Origin: Isurus oxyrinchus
Taxonomy: Eukaryota
Direction of reading: 5' to 3'
Length of the DNA: 64,000 bases
Assembly: GCA_026770705.1 (NCBI GenBank)
Contig: JANJGN010000023.1
Span: 20,708,001-20,772,000 of the forward strand
Part shown: positions 39,614 to 50,864 of the stretch, piece by piece
Layout: every line of letters begins with the position of its first letter
How positions within the stretch are numbered: the stretch's first letter is position 1
The notes under the pieces: generated by a model
What the model was told of the DNA's origin: nothing
What the model saw: the letters and a program-made list of their open reading frames with translations, nothing else
Database searches by the model: none
Translations under genes and position numbers: made by a program

Positions 39614-40007
39614 GCACTCCATGGGTTTGTCACTGGTGATTTTGTGTTGGCCTTAGATTAGGGAAAAAATAGTTGTGTACATCAGAGCGACGTTTGTGTT
39701 TTATGTTGGACTGAATAAAGTGCACTTTTCTGACCATGGCTGAGGGTGTTTCCTTTGTGCTGCATTTGTATGTTTCACAGACATCTCATGAGTGTTTGAG
39801 TGGACATTGATGTTTCTGTACTAAGCCTTAGTTGCAGCTGATGACGTGGAAGATGTAGCACCTAAGTGCCACGTGTGGGAGTGCCAGGCAAGGATGTTTT
39901 ATTTAGAGTAGACATAGCGATGAAGTGTGTCCTGAATTAAATGATTGCACTGGGTTTAAATTATTAGCATCAAGGGATGGAATACTGGCTGATCGATGTG
40001 TGTGGAG

Positions 40008-41110
40008 CTAGCTGAAGGTTCGTTGGATTAAATTGTCCCGGGTGTCCCTGCCTCCTTGGTGTAGTAGTGGGTCAACGTGCTGCCCCTCATCATCACCCTG
40101 TGCTTCCTCATCCTCTGAGGCACTGCTGGATTCATCATGTGCAGCCTCATCCAGGGCATCAAGGTTTTCATCGTCAACTACATCCCCCCTTTCCAGTGCA
40201 AGATAGCGCAGAGCGCAGCGTGCAACCATTATCAGAGAGACATGATCTGGGGGGTACTGGAGTGAGCCCCCTGAGCAGTCCAGGCATTGGAAGCGCATCT
40301 TGAGAAGACCGATGGCTCTCTCCACCACAGCCCTTGTGGTGCCGTGGCTCCTATTGTACCGCTGCTCAGCTTCTGTTCTTGGATGGTGGAGAGGCGTCAT
40401 GAGCCACCTTCTGAGGGGATAGTCCTTGTCACCCAGCAGCCAAACATCCAGCCGAGCCGGAGCACTGAAGAGCCCCGGCACCTGGGAGTGTCTGAGGATG
40501 TAGGCGTCATGGGAGCTGCCTGGGTACCTTGCACAGACTTGTAGAATCAGCATCCTGTGATCACACACTATCTGCACGTTCATGGAGTGGAAGCCCTTCC
40601 TGTTGACGAAGGCACCGGGCTCACCTGCTGGCGCCTTGATGGCCACATGTGTACAGTCTATTGCACCCTGGACATGGGGGAAGCCTGCAATGGCTACAAA
40701 GCCTCTGGCTCACTGTGCCTGACTTGCCTGGTCACAGCGGAAGTGGATGAAGTTCAATGCACGTCTGAACAGAACAATTGTAATCTGCTTGACACAAGTG
40801 TGGATAGCTGATTGGGAGACACCGCAAAGATTACCCACCGAGCCCTGGAAGGAGCCAGAGGTTTAGAAGTGGAGGGCAACGGTGAGCTTCAGAGCCACTG
40901 GCATGGCGTGTCCACCCACACAGTTAGGGGAGATCTCAGGGCCAATCATCTGACAGATATAGTTGACTCTTTCCCTTGACAGATGGAGCCTCCTTTGACA
41001 CTGCACCTCAGTCATATTGAGGTAGCTGCTTCACCGCCTGTATACCCTGGCAGCAGGATAGTGGCGCATTCTGTGGCCCCTTCCACCTTGGACAACCTCT
41101 TGGCCCTGCG
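40008..41110 (-). pseudogene. Harbinger DDE transposase of H2
   Basis: [60 protein letters not shown]; C-terminal ~230 codons open, TGA at 40710-40712. Confidence 0.93.
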
Positions 41111-42627
41111 CCCCTCCACAGGCAAGTTTAAAACACTTTCTGCATTAAATACTTTAGAAAAAACATGAACAACCCCTCTGAGCCCACATATCCCGCCAGT
41201 GCATGAATTTTGTTAAAATGTCACTTACCCGCCTGTCCGTTGGGCCTGTGCGTCGATCGGAAGATCTCACAGGCTCCTCAAAATCAGTGCCAATTGCCGA
41301 GCTCAGCGCACCCGCCCACCTAAATATCGCGATGCCGCGCGTTGAATTCAGGATGCTCACGTGATGTCAGCGCGCGACATTTTAAGCGTTGACTTGCGGG
41401 CTCCGCCACCCGCATGTCAGCCAGAAAATTCTGCCCTTTAACTTTGAATGTTCTGCCTTTTTTCTTCCTAGGGATAAGTCTATTTTGTATCTGAGACATC
41501 TCTTCCTGAATGTCCTCCATTTCCTCTGTTATAGCTTTACCCTGCAATTGCCTCTTCCAATCAACACCCGATTTAGCCCTTATACATGCCTGTGTAATTC
41601 TGTTTTGAATGATCTTTAAAAACCTTTTAAAACATATTTTGTTTTGTTTCTTTTTAAAGCCAATATTAATCAATGAGCAAGTCTCAGAGTATTGGCGACA
41701 ATGGACAAAATGTTTGCTATTTCTTTCCATCAGTCAAGCTAACCTGTTAACTTACTGAGATCAATTATTTTTTCAACTGAAATTAACAATTAGCTGGAAA
41801 TAAATCCTTAATTGTTAGCAGATAATTTGATAGGGCATAGAATAGTCTTCACACATGGCACTAATTTGATGTTTTTATTTAGAGTAGACATAGTGATGAA
41901 GTGTATCCAGAATTAAATGATTGCACTGGTTTTAAATTATTAGCATCAAGGGATGGAATACTGACTGGCAGTTTACCATTGTCAATTTTTCATTTTAATG
42001 TGGTTAGGCTGCTGTTCTGGTTCCCATGAATGTATTATGGCTTGATACAATCAAATACTGCAGTGTTAGTACATTGTATGTTTAAGATCCTAGGGAAGGA
42101 TAAAATATACAGGGAAATGAGAGACAGAGACAGATAGAAAATGCAAAGGAAATAAAAGGGCAAAATGAAATCTACTAAAATGAAAAAGAAACTTAAAAAA
42201 GGGGAAGAAAATAAATAAGAATAACAAAAAGCATTAAGAAAGTGAAAAATTGGACAAATGAAGGAGTCAGAAAGCAAAGAAGAAATGGGAAGATGATCTT
42301 AACAATTCACCCATTTCTACCTGCGATCTCCATTGTATTGGTATTAACTAGCAGTTATTTATTCGAGGAGATTGCTGGTGAGAATTTGATTTTCTTTGTG
42401 ATTCAATGACATAATTCTAAAAAATCTGCAATGGATGTTGCTTTACTTTCCACCTAACCATTCTGGTTTGGAGGTACCTTTTCCTTCTCTCCCTGCTAAA
42501 CGTGCAATTTCTTTATCCCGTCATTTCCTCCTTATGACTGATAGATAAGTTCTCTCCTCTCTCTTCCCTTCCATAGACTGCCAGGACAGCTCCCTTCTGG
42601 ACTCCTAGATAGTAGATAAGAATTATA

Positions 42628-43570
42628 GGGCTGGATTTTCATGGAGTCAGGGAGACTCTATGGAGGGGTGAAGATGGTGGCCAGGACCTGATTCAGGATT
42701 TCCAACAACATTCCCGAGATTTCCAATTTTCATCAATGCTATTTTAGGATGTACCTTGTACTCCTGACCTGAAGTCAAGCCAGCTTTTCAAAGAGTCATG
42801 GTTCAGAGCACCTCATTGGTGTTGTAAACCATAGTGTGGATGAGGGAACCCAAGTTCAAAAGGTCTTATTAATGCTCCTCTTGCCAAGTTACATCCTTCC
42901 AGCCAAGAATGCATAATGATGCTTGGCTGAGAGCCCAGAGACTGATTAGAGTACTGAAACAGCTATGTCACAGGGAAAACATTGCTTGATTGACAGCTCT
43001 GGCTCTCTGATCTCTTCTGTCAATTTCACAATGTTTACTTACACAAGATAAAGAGGTTTCAAGTGCTTGCAGTTCTGCTATTGACACTTTAAAGGGTCTG
43101 GATGATTGACACTTTTATTGACTGTATTGAAAGCAGTTATTAAGAATGAATGACTGTTAAACACATCCTATTGTCACTATAGGGTTCATTGGTTCTATAC
43201 AGACTGTATAGTGAGTAAATGGGCATGTAGGTGCCACAACTTGGTATGGAAGGTATGAGAGGCCATGGGAGATAGGTGGAAGGAAATTGTTTGGCATAGG
43301 GGTTATAAAGGGATATGAAGGGTTGGTGGGGGAGCATATGGCATAGGGACTATAAAGGGACATGAGGTGGGGAGAGGAAGATAGGTTGGCAAAGGGAATA
43401 TGAGGGGCCTAGGGAGGTGGGCGGACCACATGAAGTGGCATGGATGGGGAGTGTGTGGGGCTGAGTGGGCATGAGGGGTAAGGACTATATGGGTGAGGAC
43501 TAGAGGGCCTTACTGTTTTCATTATAACTGGGACAAAGTCCCAAAGCACTGAGGCAGGCCATTTAAACAG
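42628..43570. mobile_element. Non-autonomous element related to 15532-16538, interrupted by a Penelope relic
   Basis: Starts gggctggattttca; TGACA repeats and G-rich ggcatgg tract. Confidence 0.5.
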
Positions 43571-43830
43571 CTTGCCTCAGAATCCAGGGAATGGCTGTAT
43601 TCCAAGCTTTTGTTTAGTTGAAAAAGGCGCAATGCGTGTTCATGATCCTTCTGTCCGAAAAGGACAGAACCCTGTATGTGAATATATGCTGCTTCTAGCA
43701 TGCGTAAGTGAACCACATTGCAAGCCTGACTGATAATCTTAAATTTGTTATCAGTGTAATTCATAGCACAATCAGGATTGTTTAGCAAGTGTTGTCCAAT
43801 CGCAGCAAAGTATCTAATGTTGGACACTAT

Positions 43831-43959
43831 GGCCAGGATTTTACGGCCCTGCTACGCTGTCTCTCCCCGCTGGCAGATGCACTGATCCATTTAAATCTCC
43901 ATTCAGTTCAGCGGGATCATAATTTCCCATCAGATAGGATGGGCCATAAAACCCTGACC
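43831..43959. mobile_element. Small Harbinger-type MITE
   Basis: TIRs ggccaggattttacggccc / gggccataaaaccctgacc, TSD TAT/TAT. Confidence 0.85.
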
Positions 43960-43962
43960 TAT

Positions 43963-44559
43963 GGGCAGAATTTTCCCCCCATTAGGGGGGGAGTTGAAGA
44001 GCAGGTGTGCGGAGGCGCGCCTCTGATCAGCACCCCTGATCGGCCGCCATTTTATGTGTGCATGCACACGAAAGAGCACACTCATCTCCCTGAGGCAAAG
44101 TGCTGTCTCAGGGAGATCGGCTGTGCATTAAAAAATATTAAAAATAGAAAAAAAAATCCCTGACATGTCCTCTCATGTGACACTGTCACATGAGTTGGGA
44201 CATGTCCATAACCTTTAAAAACACTTTAATTAAATTTTTTTAAACCTACATGAAACCTCATCCTGCCTGTGGATGAGGTTTCATGCTATTTCTAAAGCCC
44301 ACCAGGGCCCCTGGCCTGCCCACCAACCTTAGGGTTGGACGGACAGGTCCATGAATTACTTAAATGACACTGTCAAAGGCCTCAGTTGGCCATTGACAGG
44401 TCGGTGGGCACACAGCTGATTTTGCTGACCCCCCCCGCCTTCCTGAAAATTTAAATGGGGCGGGGTGGCATCGGGAGTTCCACCCAACGTCACCGCGCAT
44501 CATTTTATGCGACGGTGAGCGGGCCCTGCCCCCCACTCACCGATGGGAAAATCCTGGCC
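43963..44559 (-). mobile_element. Four-hairpin Harbinger MITE
   Basis: TIRs gggcagaattttccc / gggaaaatcctggcc, TSD TAT/TAT. Confidence 0.9.
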
Positions 44560-45155
44560 TATGTGTTGAGTGTTGCGAGCATGGACTGGTTGGGAACAGT
44601 CAGTACTTTGCCTGTTATGAATGGGCGAAGGTCAGTGCAGTTTGATACGATTCTCCAGTTTCTTGGTTCATTCCCCATGGCAATGTCTTGATAATCAGAG
44701 TTAACCTGCCTGGTTTGAATTTGAATAAAAGCTTGGCAGTTAACTGTTCCTTGATGCCTTCTCCATGGCAACACCCCTACTAATCAGTCCACTTACCAAG
44801 CAATCAGCAATCGCTTCTCATGAAGTATAAATTGTTGTTTTCTTTACTGTTAGTAATCTTGTGATCTGTCCTGATGAGTGCAATATAAAAGCTTAGGCAG
44901 CATATTTCTTTTTTCAGCAATACATCTCTTTTTTGTCATCTCTTGTTTTACCACTCAGTAACTTTCACAAAAGATGTTATAGTGATCTGTACATCAAAGC
45001 CCAAGAATAGAACACAAAAAAAATGAGCAAATTCAAATTCTAAAAATTGTCAAGTATTACTTTCCTTCTGGAAGGTATTAATAGTCCACGGATCTGAATA
45101 TATGTTAGAAATGTATCAACTTGATGTAGTGTGAAAAACCCTATAAATATATATA

Positions 45156-45296
45156 TTTTTATCCATCTGCAGGGTGTAGGCTTCGCTGGCTAGGCCAACA
45201 TTTATTACCCATCCCTAGTTGCCCTTGAGAAGGTGGTGGTGAGCTGCCTTCTTGAACCGCTGCAGTCCAAGTGGTGCAGGTGCACACATGGTGCTT
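45156..45296 (-). mobile_element. Short LINE 3'-tail fragment ~70 bp upstream of exon 2
   Basis: Same tail as 4280-4535 and 7600-7722. Confidence 0.65.
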
Positions 45297-45365
45297 CATG
45301 AGCAAGCAGGAACATTACAAAATCTAGCTTCAGATCTAATTTTGTCTTTTCTCTCTTGTCTTCAG

Positions 45366-45582
45366 TCCAGGCAGACCCCAGAAGGAGAGTTCCTGCCCCT
45401 GGATCAGTGTGAATTGGATGTTGGATTTGGGACTGGTGCAGACCAACTGTTTCTTGTTTCACCTCTGACTATTTGTCATGAAATAAATCCTAAAAGTCCC
45501 TTCTTTGACCTATCACAACGATCCCTAAGAAGTGACCAGTTTGAAATTGTGGTGATCCTGGAGGGAATTGTGGAGACCACTG
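45366..45582 (+). CDS. KCNJ3: GIRK1/Kir3.1-like channel, coding exon 2 (217 bp)
   Basis: [72 protein letters not shown](G); ttcag| acceptor and g|gtaag phase-1 donor. Confidence 0.93.
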
Positions 45583-45890
45583 GTAAGTCTGTGATTACTT
45601 CTATGTGGCAATAAGCTATCCTATCTCTTCTTTACCTTTTACATAATCCACAGTGCTGTTTCTAACCGGCTGCTCTGAGCTTTTACGAGACAAGGGGTGA
45701 GATTTTTGCCAAGATGGAGTATCTCTCTCATTCCCACATTCGCGTTTCGCGCATTCACTTTTCTTTGGAGGCAGCTGGCTGTTCAAATAACCGGCTGCCT
45801 CCACTGAAGTGGGATTTTGGTAGGTCAGGAGTGTGAAACCTGTAGTGTGCAGGTTAGACCAGGTAAGAAGAGATCTGAGCTTTGTGGGTT

Positions 45891-46651
45891 CATTTGGATT
45901 TTGCCCTCGTTGGGCGGGCTTGGCAGGAGTGGCCAGGAAGCCGAATGCCTCCTGCGATCAGGGTCGGACCGCGATTTCACTCTGGTGGGCCAACTAAGGC
46001 CCCAAAGTTGGCCCCAATTCAACGCTCAGCACTGCCTGTGTGTGGCTGGGAAGTGGGGGGGTGAGGGGGGGGGGGGGCGGTGGGTGGGGGGGCGGGGGGG
46101 TGGGGGGTGGGGGGTGGGTGGGTGAGCAGGGGGGGGCACGAGTGCAAGTTCACGCATGCATGCAGGTACACACTGGAAAAGCTTCCTGAGGCACAGAGCT
46201 GCCTCAGGGAGATGACGATATGAAAAATTAAAAATAAAGATTTTTAAAGCGTTGTAAAACATGTCCCCTCATGTGACTCAGGTCATAGGAACAGAGACAT
46301 GTTATTGATGAAATGCTAACATTTTTATTTTATTTTTATTTGCTGTTGGAAACCTCATCTCACCGTGGGTGAGGTTTCCTAAACAATGCAAAGGCCGCTT
46401 GGGCTTCTCGCTTGCCTGCCAGCTGTAAGGTTGGATGGCCAGCGAAACATTTCTTTCAACTATAACTTTAATGGCCTTAATATGCCTTTTAATTGTCGGC
46501 GGGTGCGCTGCTGACTCCCACACAGGCCCGCTGACCGAAATACCGCACGAGTGCACAATGACATCGGGACGCTCACCCAACGTCATCATGCATCATTTTA
46601 CGCTTGTTCAGGTCGGATGTGTGCCCACCTGAGGGGCATTAGATTCTAGCC
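45891..46651 (-). mobile_element. Four-hairpin Harbinger MITE with expanded G-tract
   Basis: Same hairpins as 43963-44559; right end agattctagcc; left TIR decayed. Confidence 0.75.
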
Positions 46652-47260
46652 ATAAGCTACCCCTTTAGATCTGATCCCAGGACATCGTTGGGGAAGGTAA
46701 GGTGTCATTTGATGGAAGTCAGGTGTCCTTTGGAGTAGGTCAGGCACCCTTTGGAATTGCAAAAGTAGGCAAAAAAATGTGCATAAGCTCATTACTTTCA
46801 AGCTCATTAGAATGGTCAACAGATCTGTCAAACTAAATTGTCAAAACTGTCAGAAGCACTTGTCAAAAGGAGCTGTCAAAGAGACCTGTCAAATTGTCAA
46901 GGCATTTAAAAATCCTGCCCTTCAACTCTTTAAAAAAAATGTCTGGAGTGTTAAAAACTGATCGCTTTCTTTATCTGTTGACATAAACCTGAGGGCTTCC
47001 ATTGCTGGATTAATGCTGCATGACTGATTTCACAACATCTACTATAGGATGGTTGTTAGTTCACAGTTTGAGTGACAGCTACAAGTGGCTTGATGTGGGA
47101 CGATGGAGTCCATTACTTATTGTTGTAAGGGATTGTGCACTTGAATGAAATCTTTGTTGTTATAAGACTTTATTTAGTTGAAGGAATGTAAATGTAGTAA
47201 ATGGGTTTTTATGAATGAGAGTGCTCTTTTCAATATAGCAAAGTCTGTCAGAGACACTTA

Positions 47261-47385
47261 GGGGGAATTTTACAGCCCCATTATGGAAGGGGTGATGCTG
47301 TAAAATGCAGTGAGCCATTCAAAAGTCCATTTCCTTCGGAGGGACTGGAAAATCCCACTGGTGGGAGGGGTTGTAAAATTCCACC
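47261..47385. mobile_element. Small Harbinger-type MITE nested in an older element (46655-47990)
   Basis: TIRs gggggaattttaca / tgtaaaattccacc, TSD TTA/TTA. Confidence 0.8.
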
Positions 47386-49441
47386 TTAGAACTTAATTTT
47401 ATCTCATATCTTGCATGGGTCCTGAGGTCTACCCATGGTGGATACTGTATGAGTTGACATGGTAGGTGTAAGGGTAAAAGGTTGGGGGGGGGGGGTGGGG
47501 ATTGTATGGGGCATATGTTAGTATGAATTGGCATTAAATTGGTATAGAGGCTATAACTGGTCCTGGGGTGGAGTGGAGACAATGGATGGGTGGAAGGGCA
47601 TAGTTTGGCATAGGCACTATAAAAGGCCATGAGGGGTGGGTGGGGTCATAGGTTGACATGGAGGGTATGAGGGCTTATGGGTGTGGGTGGGCATGAGGCG
47701 GAATGGGTTGGTATGGATGGGGCCTGGGGAGTGATGAGGGGGGAGAGTGGTGCTGAGGGGTGATGGATGGAGGGATGTTTCATGCTTTCATTCTTATTTT
47801 TAAATCTTGGACACAGTGTTGGAGTCCTGAGGCAGGTTTTCTGCCTAGCCTGTCTCTGCACCTGGAATCCTCCTCACTTCTTCCCAGGTCACCCATCCCA
47901 ACTTCCACGCACTCCCACTTCTCCCCTGCTCCCCGCCAGAGCAAAAATCTGATTTCCGGGCGACCATTTTTAAAGGTTTGGTTTGCAGAGTTGGGAATTC
48001 TTTGAGCTATTGCTTTCGATGGAAAGAAAGAAAGAATTGCATTTATATAGCAATTAGCATGGTCTCAGGATGTTCCAACGTGATTTACAGCCAATTAGGT
48101 ACCTTTGAAGTGTTGGCATTGTTGTGATGTTTTGCTAGTGGGCATAGGATTGTATTCAGTTGGATTTGTTGTCTTGATGCTTAATTTTTCAATCAGCCTT
48201 ACTGCTGCTTTGTACCAGAGTGCTTCATCCTGCAGCCAGTCTGGGCACTAACGCTGGTATGAGTCTCACCAGATCCATTAATATCTGTGCGCTTCTCACA
48301 GGGTACTGGTGGGGTGATGCCAAGAGCCAGGCCTTGATTTACGAAGAAATTTTTCCTATCTAAAAAACAAACTGCAGCTTTTCTGTTTTGCTCCTGTCCA
48401 TCCTGTTCATGTGAGGTCAAGGTAATAAAATATTAAATTTCAAGTAAAAGTAATTCATCATTTCAATAGCTACTGTCAATTTGAAGGACAAGATTTCTCC
48501 CCTCCATTACAGCAGTACAGTGCTGGCTCTTATTACCTTTAAAACACACTTGCTGTAAATACATTTATCTTCTGTGGAGAAATTTGCTGCCCAGATTCGC
48601 ATAACAGCCAGACAACCCTGAACTTGCAGTTGATTGGTTAACGCCTTAGCCTGGGCCTGATTTTAACTTCTTTAAGTGGATGGGTTTTTGGCCCAAGCCT
48701 GTCACATCTCAGGAACAGAAAGTTAAAATGGAGGTTAGAAGAGCTAAACACAGCTACATTTATAGAATATATTGGGACAGAAAAATGGGACTAATTTTTT
48801 TTTATTTATAATTAATTTGAAGTGTAAAATTTGGACTGTGTAAAAAATAGTGCAAGTAGAGCACTGAAAAATACAACAAACCAATCCCAATTGCTTTGCA
48901 TGTTACCCAACTGCTTTTGAAAAGGACATCAATTCGAAGTGATTACACGAGTTCATGCTTAAGCAAGCTAACATCGTTATTTGTTAAATATTATAAAATA
49001 TCAATGGCTGTGAAATCATACAGTGAATTAATTGAGGAAGCCTGCATTGTGACAAAGCACTGCCTTAATGTCTTTTCCTCACCTGAGATAGGCACAAAGC
49101 AGCACTGTAAATAGCTCCTGTGCTCACAGTGTAACCTTGGAGAATGGACCACATCAGGTGCGCAGGGAAAACATGGGCGTAAGGGCTGAGCTGACAAACA
49201 CCCACTGCTATTGTGCTGAAGAGGAAATTTAGGCCTCTTGCCTCTCTGAGAAGCTACTGAATAAAACTTACAAAGTTGCAATTGCACCTGTTCTCACATC
49301 ACCATTTTTACATTTTGCTTAAATATGCTTCCTGAACCATGAAGTCGAGAAGAGTGGATATTTGGGAACTATTGCAATACAGCAATCTCATTCAGGACCT
49401 TAGAAAGTTTCCTTTCAGTCCAGTGTCAGTTTATACGCTTA

Positions 49442-50097
49442 GGCCAGAAAGTTACCTGTTTCGGGTGGGCTGGGCAGGAGCGGGTGCGGAGCCAATTACC
49501 ACCCGCGATTGGCTGCGCGCTGCCATTTTATGTGGGTGGGCCAATTAAGGCTTGCCCAGCCTGGTGCATGGCCTGTGCGGGTGGGGAGGAGGAGGGAGAG
49601 TCGGGGCCTTGGCTCTTTGCGTGCGAAAGAGCACAGCGGTCTCCCTGAGCTGCCTCAGGGAGATTAAGTTGTTTAAAAAACTTTGCTATAAATAAAGCAC
49701 AAAATTATTTAAACATGTCCCCTCATGTGACAGTGTCATATGAGCTGGGACATGTTTTTATATTCAGAAAAAATTTATCATCTAATTAATAAAAGCTTTA
49801 GGAAACCTCATCCCGCCCGTGGATGAGGTTTTCTAAAAAACGCAAAGGCTGCCTGGGCTCTTCACCTGCCCGCCAACCTTAAGGTAGGATGGGCAGCATT
49901 GCAAACAACTTTAATTGGTTTTTTTAATAATCTTAATAGGCCGTTGACAGTTCGGCGGGCACGCAGCTGACTCTGGCATGTGTCCACTGAATGAAAGACC
50001 CAGATGATGTGTGATGACATCGGGACACACGCCTGACATCATCTTGTGTCATTTTGCGTGTTGGCATGTCAGGCCCGTCAACAGCCATATTCTGGCC
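49442..50097 (-). mobile_element. Four-hairpin Harbinger MITE
   Basis: Termini ggccagaa / ttctggcc; flanks tta/cta; conserved hairpins. Confidence 0.85.
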
Positions 50098-50864
50098 CTA
50101 ACGTGGGGCAGGGTTTTCATTTTTCGGTTGGGAAGCCGACGTTGGCAGGAAAATGCAGGTGCCGACCCCACACTGTGTCAGAAGTATGCAACCCAACATT
50201 ATTTCTGCTGGTTTGGTCAGTTATGGCGTGGAGGATGAGCTTGCTGTCAACTTAAGGATGGCAGGCAGGGTCTCGATGCTGGAGGGGTAATAGGAGGCCT
50301 TCCAGAATTGAAGGAACTTCAGCTTGCTGTTGCAGGTAAGGGAGAGACAGGGTATGTCTATCCTGAGGACTTCCCTCAACATTTTTAAAATATTTGAAAA
50401 GAAGGTAACCACAGCTGCCAGATCACCATTGTGGAGAGGGACCCCTTCCACTAGGTGGTCCAGCCACAGTTGTGGCTGAGTAGGGGGGAGAGGGAGGGTC
50501 CTCAAAGTTATCCTGGGGCCTGGTTCTAGCTACTGCTGAGAAGCCACCTCCAGGCAGCTGCCATTTTTCCAACACCCTGGGGAGCCTGCAGGCCAGCAGG
50601 ATGATTCCAATTGATTCTGATCAGTGGTCTTATAATTAGCTGAACAAGATACCCATTTTGTAATATGCCTTTAACGGATGGCAGCATGACATCACCAGAA
50701 GGGAAACATGTAATGTGATCCGGTCTTAGTTTCACTTTTGCTTTGAGCAGAACACAGCACACAACTCTGGCATCTTCAAGCTTTATATCTATGGATAACT
50801 GTTCCCATCCATGTGCCTAGTCTTAATAAATGAACCCATAACATGTTTACCAGATCCCTTTGAG

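Larger units (their letters stand above)
36197..41436 (-). mobile_element. Near full-length two-gene PIF/Harbinger transposon (element H2, 5240 bp), inverted relative to H1
   Basis: Perfect 12-bp TIRs gggcagaatttt / aaaattctgccc; flanks att/ttt; interrupts a CR1 LINE; transposase 5' end deleted near 41120. Confidence 0.92.
32650..41640 (-). mobile_element. Old CR1 LINE split by multiple insertions (pieces ~32650-33220, 33990-34246, 34769-35265, 35645-36196, 41440-41640)
   Basis: RT-like IFINDLD..IIKFADYTKL; LINE sequence resumes colinearly across each inserted element. Confidence 0.65.
43570..44925 (-). mobile_element. Penelope-like retroelement fragment (GIY-YIG C-terminal region), split by two MITEs
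   Basis: AIGQHLLNNPDCA..FKIISQA..LRMLEAAYI; 'cctgatgagtgc' end motif near 44870. Confidence 0.65.
19234..45365 (+). other. Intron 1 of the KCNJ3-like gene (~26.1 kb)
   Basis: GT...AG; pyrimidine tract ttttgtcttttctctcttgtcttcag before 45366; joins CKVIK|SRQTP in frame. Confidence 0.9.
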
